Source: Macrostomum lignano (taxonomy: Eukaryota). From it: DNA of 64,000 bases. A program made the translations under genes and the position numbers. Below the pieces are notes generated by a model. The model saw nothing but the letters and a program-made list of their open reading frames with translations. It made no database searches and had not been told where the DNA came from. The DNA is taken from the NCBI GenBank assembly GCA_002269645.1, contig NIVC01001271.1:1-64000 (forward strand). The letters are read 5' to 3'. Shown here piece by piece: positions 1-26,252 of this stretch. Each line of letters opens with the position of its first letter. Within the stretch, counting starts at the first letter, position 1.

Positions 1-1620
1 TGCATCCAACAAAATAGCTCTCTTTCCCCAAACGCAAAATACAATCAATCCACACAGTCACTTTCGACGTATTATTATTCTTTTCTCTAAAGCGACGCGA
101 AGCCATCAAATTACTGCACAGTCAGTGGTTATCCGACTACTGACCCATCCGTATATTATTTCAAGTTTGACTTGGTGAAGGAAATCGCCTAGTTAATCCA
201 GTTTTCAATTACTTTTTTCTAGCTATCTAATTACGAAAACTGTTATTTAAAAAATTATAATTTACGAAATAAATGAGACACTAAGTGTTACTTTTCTCGA
301 CTAAATAATTAGCGCTTTTAAGTCCTTTTGTTAAATACTACGGGTGCAATAATAGTTCCTAACTAAACTAGCCTAGATGTAATTATCACCGATATTTTTC
401 ATAAAAAGCTTTATCGGAATTTAAGTTTCCAAGAATATAGCATCAAGATTTAACGAGGCAGCCTTGACAGCAGACTGATAACAGTTTCCTGAAACCAAAT
501 GTGCCATGTCAGGCCGGTGCGTTGCATACATGTAAGCACGAAACTTCACAAGTCGAAAACTTATGTTTTGTTTTTTTGAAGTTTCGAGCTTTTGAAGTTA
601 GCCACTTCGACGATGTGCAATTTCGAGCTTGTCAAAGGGATCCGTCAGACCAAACTACTCTTAATTCAGTAGCTGACGCGCATATTGCAGCAAAAATTAG
701 AAATCAAGAATCAAAACACCAAGACAATTTAGCGTCAATTTTTCTGGGTAGCAGAGCGATCACGTGGATTATTTATTTTGGTAAGTGTGAACTATTTGTA
801 CTGTCAATAATAATAAAAATAGCCCAAGTGCGCTAAGACCTTTTAGTTATAACAGCATTGGCCAGCCAGCATATGGGGCCCCGGTCAGGTTAATCACGAA
901 TTTTGCGCTGCATACTTACGCGCTACGCTTATGAAAAAAGGGCCGCCCCTGTCACCCGTTGGCAGGTGTGGATGAAACAGACGACCTCCGCCCTCCATCT
1001 GCCGGCTCATCTATAATTACACTTGTTGAAGAAACGGCAGCGCTGCTTACAAGTTGGAACTATCCATCTGCAATAATGGCCGTGTGTTCGTCTGCCTGTG
1101 TGCCTCGGCATGCTGCTCCCTTCTTTCCGCCTTCCGTGTCTTCTACTCATTATGCACCCCCTCTATACTTCGCTGATTTGAGATGCGGCAGCGAAATTGC
1201 AGGGTTTGCCAGCCAGCCGAGCGGAAAGATGTTCGCGGTCGTGCATGGCAACTCGCGAGCCCCTCTCGCTGCTCGACCGTGATGACGTCATCAGGACAAG
1301 GGCCGCCGCCTCGAGGAAGCTAGAGAAGGAAGAAACTCAAGCTCATCACAAAGCAGAGGAGAAAAAGCAGAAGTGCAGCAACGATGCTGCAGTTTAGCCA
1401 TGCAGTTTGCAGCTTCAGTTTCACTGCAATGTTTGCTAAAAGATGCGATTGCTTTGAGTGCACTCGAAATGAAGCCCGTCCTGATATTGAATGGCTGAAT
1501 ACTTTGTTGTGGGCAAAAGCTTGATTTTAGTTTGTCTCTTTAACGACAAAATTGCGTGTGCTACAGCCACATCGGAGCAGTCCCATCTGAGCAGTCCATC
1601 TGAGCAGTCCCATCTCTATT

Positions 1621-1852
<232 letters not shown>

Positions 1853-2549
1853 TTGTAAATAAGCAAAACGCAATAAAATTGCTGTAATTGCCAACTATAA
1901 ACATTTTATCAGCAAGTTGTGCTGCTAGATATGATGAAATCTGAACTTTATTTTTGAATTCAACCCATGACGATGTCAAACAAACAGGCAATCATACTCG
2001 TACATGAAACTGGGTCTCACCGTCCTGCTCTGGCAGCAGAGCTACAGAAAAAGCAGAACAAAATCACTCAGGTGTAAATCCCGAGCGCTACAAATGACTT
2101 TGCTTTGTACACACATGAATCCTATTGAAGTATAAAAATTTACATAAAATGGCAAACTAACGCATACAGATCCTAATTCCTAACATCAAGATTGAATTTG
2201 TGACATTTGAACGGGCATTATAAACTACTTACATATCGCTGTCAGACTTCCAGCTACACAAAGTAGTGATAGAATCGGGGTTTGATTCAAAGAATTTCGA
2301 ATACATCCGTGTGGCTTAACCGACAACTTGAAGGTAGGAAATTTAGTTTGCTGGGGGGGGGGCGCAGGCAGGCTCACACAGGGTGTACACAGCGGCCCTG
2401 ACTTTGCAATCTTCAGGCATGTTTTAGTTACTCCTCATCCGGCCCAGGCGAGAGCCTGAAGCGTTACGCTGGGCAACTCTGTGCTCGCACTGAAAGGTCA
2501 TAGTGTACCTTGAATTCAATTCGCATGCATTGATACTGCAATAGTAATA

Positions 2550-4030
2550 TCAGTTATATAACTCCCTGCAAGCTCGCCTCAATGCTGGATTCGAACCCCG
2601 ACCTCCTGACCGTCGTTGATCAGAATTCGAACCGACTGCCGTCCCGCCCAGCGGTGGCAGCCTCCGACGCAGCATTCGGACGTCGCCTCCGCCGAGGCGG
2701 CACAGCAGCAGCCGGAAGGCGTCGCGGAAGTCCCGGGACAGCAGCGCGTAGACGTAGGGGTTGATGGCGCTGTTGCAGTAGCCCATCCAGAAAAACACGT
2801 CGAACAGCGGCTCCGGGACGCAGCGGTTGCAGAAGGCGCCGAGCACGTAGACGGAGAAGAACGGCAGCCAGCAGACGGTGAAGGTCACGCCGATGACGGC
2901 GAGCATCCGGGCGGCCTTGGTCTCATTGTAGATGCTCTTCAGCCGCAGGTCGCCGGGGCGCGCTTGCGCAAGCCCGGCAAGATGCTGGAGGCGCGCCGGT
3001 TCTGCAGCTGCTGCAGATGGTGCCGGTGCAGGTGGCAGCTCTGATGGCCCACGCTTGGCGCGAAGGACAGTCGGCGAGTCGGCGGAGCGTAGTCCGGCGT
3101 GAGGAATGTGGCGCTTCCCGATGGAGCGGCGGGAGCGGCGGCGGTGGCGACGCCCAAATCGCCGCTGGTGCGGCTGCGCACCACGTCGCAGGAGGATCTC
3201 CGACGAACAGCGGAGGACGGCAGAGTTCCGCCGGCCGCGGCGATCGCCAGATTGGAAGCAGACGCGGCGCTGCCGCCGAGGTGCACTCGCAGCACGCAGG
3301 TGTCCGGACAGTCGCTGGTGATGCTGGAGCCGGAGCTCTTTCGACTCTTAAGCACCATCTCGCCGCGGCGCACGTTTTGGATGGTGCGGCGCACGGCTCG
3401 GTAGATCTCCAGGTAGAAGTACAGCATCACAGCAGCCGGCAGGAAGAACGAGCCGCTGGCCGAGTAGATGATGTAAGCGATGGAGGACTGGTTGATGCTG
3501 CACTCCATGTAGTGCGTGCAGTTGCCAGGCGAGTTTCCCGGCATGAGCTGCAGCATAGGCGGGAAGCTGATGCCGAACGCCAGCAGCCAGGAGAGCGCCA
3601 CCAGACAGCGGGCCCGCTTCAAAGTCATGAGCTTCGGATAGCGAATCGGATGCTTGATGGCGAAGAATCGATCCGAAGCGATCAGCACCAGGTTGAGGAT
3701 GCTGGCGGTGCAGCAGAGCACGTCCAGCACCATCCAGGCCCGGCACAGGCGCGGCCCGAATATCCACTGCTTGTGCATGACCTGGTTCACGATGGAGAAC
3801 GGCATCACGGCCACGCTCAGGAGCAGGTCGCTCACCGCCAGGCTGCTGATGAAGACGTTGGTCACGCCACGTTTCTTCAGCTTCTCGAAGGTGAGCGCGG
3901 CCGCTATGACCAGCATGTTGCCGACAAACACAACAACGTCGAGTAGCGACAGCAGGCCGCCAGTGACGAAATCCCAGGGCGACAAGGCGAATGTAGACGT
4001 GCAGTTACTGCCAGATTCGTTTTCGTCCAT
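2550..4030 (-). CDS. Intronless class A biogenic-amine GPCR (octopamine-alpha/Dop1R2/alpha1-adrenergic-like) with one frameshift in ICL3
   Basis: The ATG at 4030 (MDENES) leads to TM1 GNMLV, TM2 LAVSDLL, TM3 DVLCCTASILNL followed by DRF, and TM5 FFLP with ICL3 LRVHLGG. This frame stops at 2939. The neighbouring frame (open from 3347 to 2550) carries NETKAARMLAVIGVTFTVCWLPFF (TM6) and WMGYCNSAINPYVY (TM7). Confidence 0.9.
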
Positions 4031-4644
4031 TGCTTCCGTGATGAAGTCTAGTGGGCTTGAGAAGCTGCTAGGAGATTGCCTATGCCTGCAGCTCAAGGCC
4101 TGACAAGCGTAGAATTATCTAGTCTTCAGTCGGGCGCCTCCCAGCCAATGAGCTGCATGCTAGTGCTCAACAGGCTTATAACAGACGAATGGCTTATAAA
4201 TTTGCGGCATATGCCTCTCTCTATGACAGATTTAAATTGCTCGGCCACCCGGATGATAAAAGGAGCAGAATGTTTGAGCTCAGACTCACACTGAGTCAGT
4301 GATCTCTCGCCATTGTCTCTGCTAGGCTTGCACTATACTTACGTAAGTCACTGACTCTACACACCAGCTATTTCCAGTGCATTCTTATCTTTCATTTTAA
4401 CGATTTTTCGCGACGCAAAATCCGCCAACGATGCATTAAGCAGGTAAAATGGCGATTATCGATGCGCTGCTCAGCGCCTGCGGGCTGTGGCATATTTCAG
4501 GCATCTTCGAAAAAAGGCCAGTATTGACGAGTCAGGAGATCCTCACAGAAAATTATACGGAACAGCTGTCTACTGAAGTAGAAGAGAAAGCCTTAGTAAA
4601 CACACAGCAAGCAGCAATTACTTACAGTAGTACGCATGAAACAC

Positions 4645-5679
4645 GAGGCATCACTGCTTCACCCTTATATTCGTGAGGCATCACTGCTTCACCCCAATAT
4701 CCGTGAGGCATCACTGCTTCACCCCAATACCCGTGAGCATCACTGCTTCACCCCAATATCCGTGAGGCATCACTGCTTCACCGGCCAATATCGGCGTCAG
4801 GCATCACTGCTTCACCCTTATATTCGTGAGGCATCACTGCTTCACCCCAATATCCGTGAGGCATCACTGCTTCACCCCAATATCCGTGAGGCATCACTGC
4901 TTCACCCCAATATCCGTGAGGGATCACTGCTTCACCCCAATATCCGTGAGGCATCACTGCTTCACCCAAATATCCGTGAGGCATCACTGCTTCACCCAAA
5001 TACCCGTGAGCATCACTGCTTCACCCCAATATCCGTGAGGCATCACTTCTTCACCCCAATATCCGTGAGGCATCACTGCTTCACCCAAATATCCGTGAGG
5101 CATCACTGCTTCACCCCAATATCCGTGAGGCATCACTGCTTCACCCCAATATCCGTAAGGCATCACTGCTTCACCCCAATATACGTAAGGCATCACTGCT
5201 TCACTCCAATATCCGTAAGGCATCACTGCTTCACCCCAATATCCGTAAGGCATCACTGCTTCACCCCAATATACGTAAGGCATCACTGCTTCACCCCAAT
5301 ATCCGTAAGGCATCACTGCTTCACCCCAATATCCGTAAGGCATCACTGCTTCACCCCAATATCCGTGAGGCATCACTGCTTCACCCCAATATCCGTAAGG
5401 CATCACTGCTTCACCCCAATATCCGTAAGGCATCACTGCTTCACCCCAATATCCGTAAGGCATCACTGCTTCACCCCAATATACGTAAGGCATCACTGCT
5501 TCACCCCAATATACGTAAGGCATCACTGCTTCACCCCAATATACGTAAGGCATCACTGCTTCACTCCAATATCCGTAAGGCATCGTTGCTCCACCCCAAT
5601 ATTCGTGAGGCAGCACCCTCCACCCCAATATCCGTGAGACAGCACCCCTCCACCCGAATATCCGTGAGGCAGCACCCCT
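4645..5679. repeat. 30-bp minisatellite (GAGGCATCACTGCTTCACCCCAATATCCGT)
   Basis: About 34 tandem copies with point variants, read directly from the sequence. Confidence 0.95.
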
Positions 5680-7489
5680 AGATGACTAAGTTAACAAATA
5701 AATTGCTAGTCATAGAAGCCAAGACTCAAAGCAAGTATGAGCGCAAAAGGTAACGTTTTATTGATGCTAGCAGCAGACGGAACCGCACTATAAGGTCTCC
5801 ATTGCTGCGGTGCCAAGGCTGGATCAGTGAAAGAAAAAAAGGATATACTGAATAAACTGGCACTCTTTTCAGCTTGAACCTGCATATTCTGAACTGATGG
5901 ATACGAATCGATCAATATCCGATGACGAACGCGAACAGAATAGGGAAAATCCCAGTAGACTGGTAAAGTGCGCAAGTGTTGCGTTGCTTGAGAAGAGGAG
6001 AGAAACCGACATAAATTGAAGACAGCTATCAGTCATGTGATCGCATAGTGACCAATGCTGTGTCCGCAGATACAAGTAACAACTAAAAAAGGATGTAATA
6101 GATAGAATAATAATTGAATAAGGAGAACAGCTGCGGACTTAAGAGGACATTGGCTGGTTGTATGCAGCTTTGGGAATAAAGATTTTTATAAGATCATTTA
6201 CGTATAAGCATCTGAGGGATAAAAAACAATCCTAGACAACTGATAATAATAGTAGTGGATTATACTTGTTTAATAATTATCGGCATAGCAACTGAACGAT
6301 AAAGGCCATATTTATAGAAATATATAATATATAATAATATTTTTTTTCGAAATTAAACATACTACAATAATAATTAAAAAAAAACCTCTGAATCGCTACT
6401 TAACCTGGCATATTAGATACAGGTCAATAAATATGATAAATAAACAGACTACAATGTGCGTGTGATTGGACAGAGTGAACTTAAAAACTGAAGGCTAAAA
6501 AAGAAATGAATAAAAGTACAAGTATTAGTGAAGAAGAACTCTCAAACGCGAGCATTTTTGGCTACTTATTGTCAATTGTGTAACACAGCAAATCAATAAT
6601 ATGATGAAAACTTGCGAGCGCAGCTTCATCTCGCTATATACTACTGCTGATTGGCCCACTGTAAACAGTAGCATATAAAGTGCATATAGTGAGGGAAGAA
6701 CCGTTCCATTATTATATATAGGCAGCTTTATTAATAAGAGAGATCGAGCCTGAACGAGTGAAATTATATTATTATCATTATATATTACTTACTAACACAG
6801 ATAATAGAATAACTGGATGGGTCACTCAGCGTGTAAGCTACTTTCAGTTCAGTAGTAATTTAAACTGAAGCATTTTAATGTATTTTTAAAGCCAAGGCTT
6901 ATTTATTGGCTCTTACCCCTGCCCCCAGCTTAAATCCTCCAACCGCGCCTTTCCACACTGCCCCCCGCCCCGCCCAAATTTTAATTGCCTTTCTCGGAAT
7001 TCCAGCTAAAGCTGCCAAAAGTGGACTGGCCAATGTACATTATTGGTGAACCAATTAGCAAGCTGTTTACGCCTGCAAGCTTGGGCTTCTAAACTTATTA
7101 AAGTCATTTCAGTTGCTTTATTTTTTATAAAATAGCTTATGTATTCTTCTTTGCTACTGAACTGTAAGTAGAAAGCTGTTTTACTAAGTATATGCCTGAG
7201 TGGCCCATCTAGTTAATTTAGTATCTGTGCTAACTACTTAATACGCTATCTAGATATAAGCCGCAAAAAAGGAATGAAGCAAAAATGGGATATACGAGCT
7301 AACAGAGAGTTCGCGGAGACGCGGAGAGATAAAGTCAGGTATCCAGGTAGAAACGATGCTTCATCGAGACGCTGAGTCTCAAATAATCGTAAATTTAAAA
7401 AAAAGCACGCGACACCTCTAGAATGAAGTTCGAAATTTGAGTCTTTGTTTGTGTGTGTTTGTCTGGTTGGCGATTGTCGCTCACAGCTC

Positions 7490-18435
<10,946 letters not shown>

Positions 18436-19246
18436 GATGGCTATTGATTGTTTTCACCAATTTTGATTGCGTTGATTAGCTGCAATATTTTAAAAGGGCA
18501 TTCCATATAGTATATTTATATTCATATTAGGATAGAAATATGATAAATAATAATATTGTAAAGTGATCAACAAAAATATAAATAATATAATTTACAATTA
18601 ATTTACAAGTTTGCAACCTTTAAAAGACCTAAAAGATTATTACCAAAAACATAGACATGGTGCCACCTACCCAATTTCATCCTAGCTGGTTTGAAGGTTG
18701 GGCTATAATATATTGATTCCTGGGAAACATTTCTCCATTTCTTCTCCTGTCCCTGCTGTTTGGTTGGGACCAACTGTGAGCCACAATAAATTATAAAGCC
18801 TTGTCTCTTTTCATTGAAGACCACTGTTGGTTGCAACAGAAGGGTAGCAGGAATCCAAAGTGGTTGGTATGAGAGGCCTTTAAAAACCACCAAAAATGAC
18901 TTGTTTCAACTGACACTGCAATGTTGGTGATCACTATACTATACTATAGTAATACCATTATTAATACCATTAACAATAATCAAGAAGGCCTATATAGTTT
19001 TTTCTTTATTTATTGCTTATTTAAGCATTTGAAATATTTTATTAAATAATAAATTTCCTTAAGACTTTAAGTCCTTTAAGACTTTAAGTCCTAAGCCTCC
19101 TGAATTCAATCTATTGTAACCTAATCTAGTCTATTAGTGCACATACTATATGGTTTTCATGCTTTTTAGTACATATGCTTTTAAGTGCCTTGTTACCAAA
19201 AGCAATTTTGGTATCCTAGATTGCTTTTTGGTGCCTTAGTTTATGA

Positions 19247-19811
19247 CCAGGGTCTAGATCATATAGTAGTATACACTGAAACAAGAATCCTATCTTAGCT
19301 AAATATATGCCAATGTATACCAAAAACAAAAATTTCCCTACAAATGTATGCCAAAAGTTTCTCCTAAAAAGTCATCTGGTTTTCATGAGCTGAGCTTTCT
19401 AAAAAAGGTTTTTGTACAAAAAGTCTTTTTAAAATATTATGAATCTTTCAGTTTAAACAAATTTAAATTTTACCTAAAATAATAATGCAAAATTTATGTT
19501 TTTAGCAATAATTTTTACTAATTGTATTTATTGTAAATTTTAAAGAAACAAAAAGTTTATCACTGACTTTTTATAGACTATATGAAATTTCTTCTGTTTT
19601 ACATTAAAGTGTTAATTTACAATATAATTTTCATGCACAGCATGATTTTTTCACCAAAATTTATATGCCAAAAAATTGTATGAATTTTTTGTATACCAAA
19701 ATTTGTATGCCAACTTTAAAAGGGGTTGTTTGTATGCCAGAATTTTTTGGACACTGGAATTCCAGAATATGCAGGAATTTTCTGGCATATATATAACTTT
19801 TCAAAGTCTAG
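19247..19811. mobile_element. Old hAT-like non-autonomous element
   Basis: Flanked by an identical 8-bp direct repeat GTTTATGA (19239-19246, 19812-19819). It begins CCAGGG and has multiple subterminal TGTATGCCA-like motifs. The TIRs are degenerate. Confidence 0.45.
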
Positions 19812-20729
19812 GTTTATGATGCCTAAATAATAAAGTAATCTTATAACAAGATAATAAATGTTTTCTAAAACTTCTTAGTTAGGTAACAATGATATCTAAC
19901 AATGATTTTATATATAGTTTTTATCAAAACTATGAAATGTGACAAATATCTTAGTACCAATTTGATTTTTTGAGTAACATGCAATCATGTTTTGGTTTCT
20001 CAATAGATTTAAATAGTAGAGTCAACTTAACAAAGTGAATAATACTTTAGTTATTTAAAGTAAGAATGTACTGCAATTGAAAAAATTATTTTTGTTTCTA
20101 ATTCAAATTTATAATTTAAGCATTGAAAAGCAAACTGGGGCACCAAAGTGCTAGGCACCAAAAAGCATAAGCACCAAAGTGTGGATACCCTATAGATTTG
20201 ATCTAATCCTCCTATACATAAAGCAAATGAATCTTACTTGCATAGCATAGCATATACTTAGGACTAGGCCTATAGCATAGAAATAGTATATAAATACTAT
20301 AAAATATAGATATGGCCTAGCAAAATCGTGAATAGGCCTATATTTTTTCAAAAAATGATAGGCTACTCCACCTTGTGACTATGGTATTGCTTAGGGCCTA
20401 GTGTAGTAATCACTGATTGAATACAATTTCATAAAGGTTAAATTAAAATTGTTGTTATTTGCTTGGCTTGTCATCTAACGTGTTGTGTTCATCTAACTTG
20501 TCAACTTACGTGTTGTTTGTATGTATGTGTATGTAACGTAACTTTTCCTAGGCTATTTGGAACTCAGCGTTGAAACTTATATAGGAAAACTGCAAACTTA
20601 TGATAAAAATTTGATGAATTGTAGCTTGACAGAGATGATATTGATAGATTGTTGTTGAAAGAAGAGAATTTTGATGGAATTTAGTTTCATGAAAAGAATT
20701 AAATGAAGGTGAGGGTGAGAACATATATG

Positions 20730-21110
20730 AGATATGAAAATTGATAGCAGAGAAGAGAGAGATAAAAAGAAGAGAGAAAGAGAAAGTAGAGAAGAGACAA
20801 TAAAAGGGTAGAAATTAGATATGAGAAGAAGGGAAAGAGAAGACAGGAGAGGGTAGACATGAAGGATGAGGGAGAAGAGATAAATAAGGGAGTAGAAAGA
20901 GGATAGGAGGGAGAGGAGAGATAGGTGAGAGGAGAAGGAATAGAGGAAAGAGAAATGAGACAAGGGAAAAAAGAGAAAAAGAGAGATAAAAGATCAGAAA
21001 TGAGAAAGATGGAAGTGTAGAGAAGAGGAGAAAGAATTAGTGAGGAGAAAGAAGAGGGTAAAAATGAGAGCAAAGGGTGCAGACACAAGACTAAAAGCTA
21101 GATAAGAGAT
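20730..21110. repeat. Purine-rich low-complexity tract
   Basis: GA-rich + strand. Gives spurious S/L/F-rich ORFs on the minus strand. Confidence 0.85.
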
Positions 21111-22459
21111 GAAAAATACAACAGTAGAAACCATAGTCTGGATCATGCTAGGTGCACGCCTGAACAAAAATTGAATAATTACAAATGCATGCCATTTGTC
21201 AAAACTATGCCAGTGTTACAACAATAAAACAATAAATGACCTTTTTTACATTTTGACAATAAATGATCTTCTTTTAATTGCATGATAGACCCCTACTAAC
21301 AGATAATTTAGTTGAAAGTTTGAAATTTATGCTTAAAATTTAACTTCTGGAAATGAGAGTTCTTTCCCTATCTCCTCCAAAGGAGGAGTTCCACTCATTA
21401 TTAATATTGATTATATAGTTCTAGTATGCAATATCTCTAACTATAAAAATCAAAACTCTGTATGTCTGTCTGTCTATAGACAATTTTGATCAATATGGAT
21501 TCCCAAACCACTCAACCAAATTATACCAAATTTTCCACCTACCCTAAACTCACTACAGAAAATGTCTTAGGCTACCTTAAAATTTCCTAAACTCAAGTCT
21601 TCCTACCTAAAAGTTGAAAAAACTGAACAAAATGCACATTTTTTTCACTAAATCCTTTATAGTGCCGTACCAGTTTTACCAATACTCTTCAAATTTGACA
21701 CGAACAATCTTCAACTATTTTGACACAATTGTATAAAACTTTAAGTCTCAAAATTAATCCTGAATGGCGCTGTGCACTTTTTTCAGCAAGACAGCCACCC
21801 CAACCTCTGCCCGCCTGCCTCTCTTTCTTGATCTGGGCCTAGACGTGTAAAAGGGGTTGTAAAATTGACTAACTTTTGACTGCCATAAGTTTGCTCCATG
21901 TAAAGCGATTGACTTCAAATTTGATACAATTTCTTTTTGACTCATTCTCTATAATTTTTAAACTCTCTAACTCAATTAGAACAGAAACTGTAAGCATGTG
22001 AAGTTTGTCTGCTATTTTTGTTGTTTGTGCCACTCACTCACTCATTCCTCCAGAGCCAGACCAAGGCTCAGGCAATAGGACTGAATGTACATAGCAAATG
22101 TATAGTGTTTTGGAATAACTTTATTTATAGCCTTCTCTGCACCCCCGTGTAGAGGCTACATTTAGCCATGACAGTTAAGTGAGAAATTCTAACCACTGCC
22201 CTCTGTATTGGCAAACTCTGTAGCAGTTTAACAGTGGATGGCAATTGGCAAATCAAGGCAATCCAGCATGGTTTGCATTTGTAAAAGTGAAAGATTTATG
22301 AAAAGGCGATGGAATGCAACAAAACCCTACTAAATTATTCACACCATAGAAATTTAAAGTTTCTTTTAGAAGTACTTTAAATTTTAAATGGCCTAAGAAA
22401 TGCATATTTCCTTGGTTGTTAGACTGATGCAGACTGAAGTGGAACTAAAAAGATAGAAG

Positions 22460-23470
<1,011 letters not shown>

Positions 23471-24880
23471 GAAATTTTAAAGGATCCAAGGGATATAGGG
23501 AAAGTCAGGTAGAGGCTAGAGTTTGCCAATAGGCCTACATGTTTTAGAGTCAAACAGACATTGCCTGACATTCTGCATAGTACCCCAGCCAACAATATCA
23601 AATGTTTGCCTTAAATCCAAATTTTACACAAATGTACTCCATTTTATGTCTACCTCTATCCTGCTAACTATTAACAAATTTTTGTTTGTATATGGCCTTA
23701 GATTTCAGAATACATGCAAAAGTAGTTCCAGGGATTGGAATTCCTTGGGTTTAAAATCTGCGGGTTTCAACAGCTTGTATGAATATATTCTATAATATAG
23801 CTATAGGCTCTAGGCTAATCTATATAGGCCTAATATAATTTTTAAATAAGGCCTAGAAAATTATCCCTTTAAATGCAATATAAGCCAAGAAAATTAGGCT
23901 ACAAATTTAGAAAGGCCCTAATATAATAGGCCAACAATAGATGGACTAGGCCTAGTGGCCTAATGTCTAAAAAATAACAATAATTAGAATAATACTAAAA
24001 TAGTGTAGTCCCTAGACCATAGGCCTATCAATGCTGTAGGCCTAGCAAACAGCACATGAGCACAGCCAAATTCCTCTTTTCTAAGTCCAATCTTTAGACT
24101 TAATGACTCAAATTGTGTAGTGTCGAGCAAGCAAAAGTAATGTAGGCCTATTTGTCAATTTGTGCAGAGTTAATTTTATTATTGGAGCTAGCTATATCAT
24201 ATAAGTATGGAGTTTATAATAATACATCTGTTGCTGATAAAAATCAGTTGGTGCAGGTTGCTACTGATATAATAAACTAAGAGGCTAAGACGCCAAAAAT
24301 CCACGTCTCAAAGTGAAGACAAGTTCATCGTCATCACTGCTGAAATAACACGTCGTCATCGTCGTCGTTTGAATCAATTCATATCTTCCACTCCACTTTT
24401 GAAATTCAAATCAGAATATAACAGGTGTAAAAAGTAAAACAAAACCTTAATGTAACTTTGCTTACTTGTAACAAAAATAAATAAAAACAAACCAATTACT
24501 AATACTAAAGTTTTTTCATCACCCATATGCTAAAAATTCAAAACATCTGTCAAGTAGAGTGCCTTTCGTTTGTGGAGAGAGCCATGCAGTTAATACGATT
24601 GCCTTGAATCGGGCCCTATCGCGAAGAATTTGACTTACTGCATTTAGATTTCAATGGGCTGCGTCTGGTGGTAAACTTAAATAATTTTATGGCATTAAAA
24701 ATATTTTAAATGACTGTTACCGCGTACGGACTGCTTAAAAGTAATTAAACAATTGATTCTCTGTTAAAGGGTACACATGTAGTGTAATCTTAGCGTACAT
24801 TACATCCTCGTTCCTCCCTCAAAGCTTTAAGCTTGAAACTGCAACAAGCCATGCTGTACAAGGATGAGAATTGGGCAATG

Positions 24881-25344
24881 ATATACATTAGAAAGCTCTT
24901 ATTAAATAGAAAGTGAAGATAATGAAGAGAAATTGCTAATCGCTAATCCCAAGGTACTTTTATGGGTAAAACGCATAGCTGTCAAAGCTGTCACACGCTT
25001 GAGTGAACACGAACAATAGGCTCTGACCTCATAAATCTTGATGGCCTGTCAAAATGATGAGAAAAAAAGCTACCGCCCGCATCCTCTCAGACCATCTGGC
25101 GCCCGCTTCAACACTGAGTGAGGCGCAGGTGGCTGTCAGACAAACTTTGAAAGCGATGATTTATGACCCAAAAAGCTGCGCCTATGTTATTATGACTACT
25201 AGTATGACCAGACATTATATCTAGTATAGATTCTATGAAAATTCGCAGAAAAAGGATAAAAATGCCCATTGCCCACTGTTAGTAGGCAAGTAAGTTTAGA
25301 GCCCATGCTAGCGTGGGATTTGGGAAAAAGTGCGTCCTCATCAC
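24881..25344 (+). repeat. Dispersed repeat of about 464 bp, copy 1
   Basis: Nearly identical, in the same orientation, to 48771-49235. Confidence 0.9.
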
Positions 25345-25350
25345 CTACAT

Positions 25351-25609
25351 GTTCTAGTGGTCAGAGCGTCGCACTTAATTACGATTTTAAGGTTGGGCCG
25401 GGGTTCGATTCCCGATCCTACTGGAACGATTTGTTTCTTGAGCTAGTTAACTCTGCATTTCTTCAGTTCAGCCAAGGTTAATTGGTCTGACCGGCACCCC
25501 CCCCCCCTCAGTCCTTGGACTGGACACAGCCGTACGCAGCCTTCAGATCATGCGCCGCGCAACCGCGCAATTGCTGTGGCTGAGCTTTCGGTTGGCACAT
25601 CTGGCCATT
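25351..25609 (+). mobile_element. tRNA-derived SINE, copy 1 (internally shortened)
   Basis: It has an A-box-like TAGTGGTCAGAGC and a B box GGTTCGATTCCC (25402-25413). The 3' part CAGTCCTTGGACT..CAGCCGTACGCAGCCTTCAGAT..CACATCTG is shared with 61195-61480. Confidence 0.7.
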
Positions 25610-26252
25610 AGGTGGTAACAAAGGAAGTGAAACAGTCGACCATATAATTTTACCCAGGCACAATATGTGAATTTGCGTTGTCCAATATGCCACAGTTACT
25701 TCCAAGGTACATTCAACCCATGTAAAATTTCATCATGTGACTCCTCTCCCACGTTTTTACTGTATTTATGCAGCCCTCCGTATCTTTGCATTAGCGTGAA
25801 ATAATACTGACGATCCATCACGATCAAGTTATAATCAAGAATCCCTTAAGTCATCCCAGTCGCGATGATAGCAAAAACCCACACATATTTTATAAACTTT
25901 ATCCGGCTAAATGCAAAAATACTCATAGTACATGTATTTATACACAATTTTATCCCTCACATTGTATCCCTTGTATTGAAATCATATTTATAATGCATAA
26001 AAAATAAGAAAGTACCCGCAGTACTAAAAATATGTGAAGCAAAGCCGGCCCTCATTGGTTGAGAGAGAATATTACTTCTATCGAGACTTATTGGCCAGGT
26101 GTGGAGATATAGGGTCTTGATTGGATGAAAGAAGCTGCAAGAGCATGCATTGGTCTGAAAAAAATATTTAAAGGGCTTTCGAATTATTCACTAGAAATAT
26201 TCCTGCAAACATTTTTCCAATTTCCAATTCAAATTTTCTCAACCATTTAGCA

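Noticed and set aside
501-1397. Short ORFs at the window start
   Set aside because: They have no recognisable motifs and no consistent exon structure.
3017-3946. 309-aa plus-strand ORF and similar antisense ORFs over SERCA, SF1, pol and 57926-59152
   Set aside because: These are shadow ORFs of GC-rich coding sequence with no recognisable motifs.
4636-5637. Long periodic ORFs here and at 8426-9519, 12412-13701, 15340-16854, 34046-34679, 36387-37762, 52091-52625 and 57237-57851
   Set aside because: They are translations of tandem repeats that are open in several frames on both strands, and most lie inside introns of well-supported genes.
21420-22060. Helitron/DINE-like element (TCTAACTATAAAA followed by GTCT repeats)
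   Set aside because: The 5' end is suggestive but I could not identify the 3' hairpin/CTAG end.
25351-25420. tRNA gene
   Set aside because: It has A and B boxes but no convincing cloverleaf, and it continues into a tail shared with another copy, so it is called a SINE.
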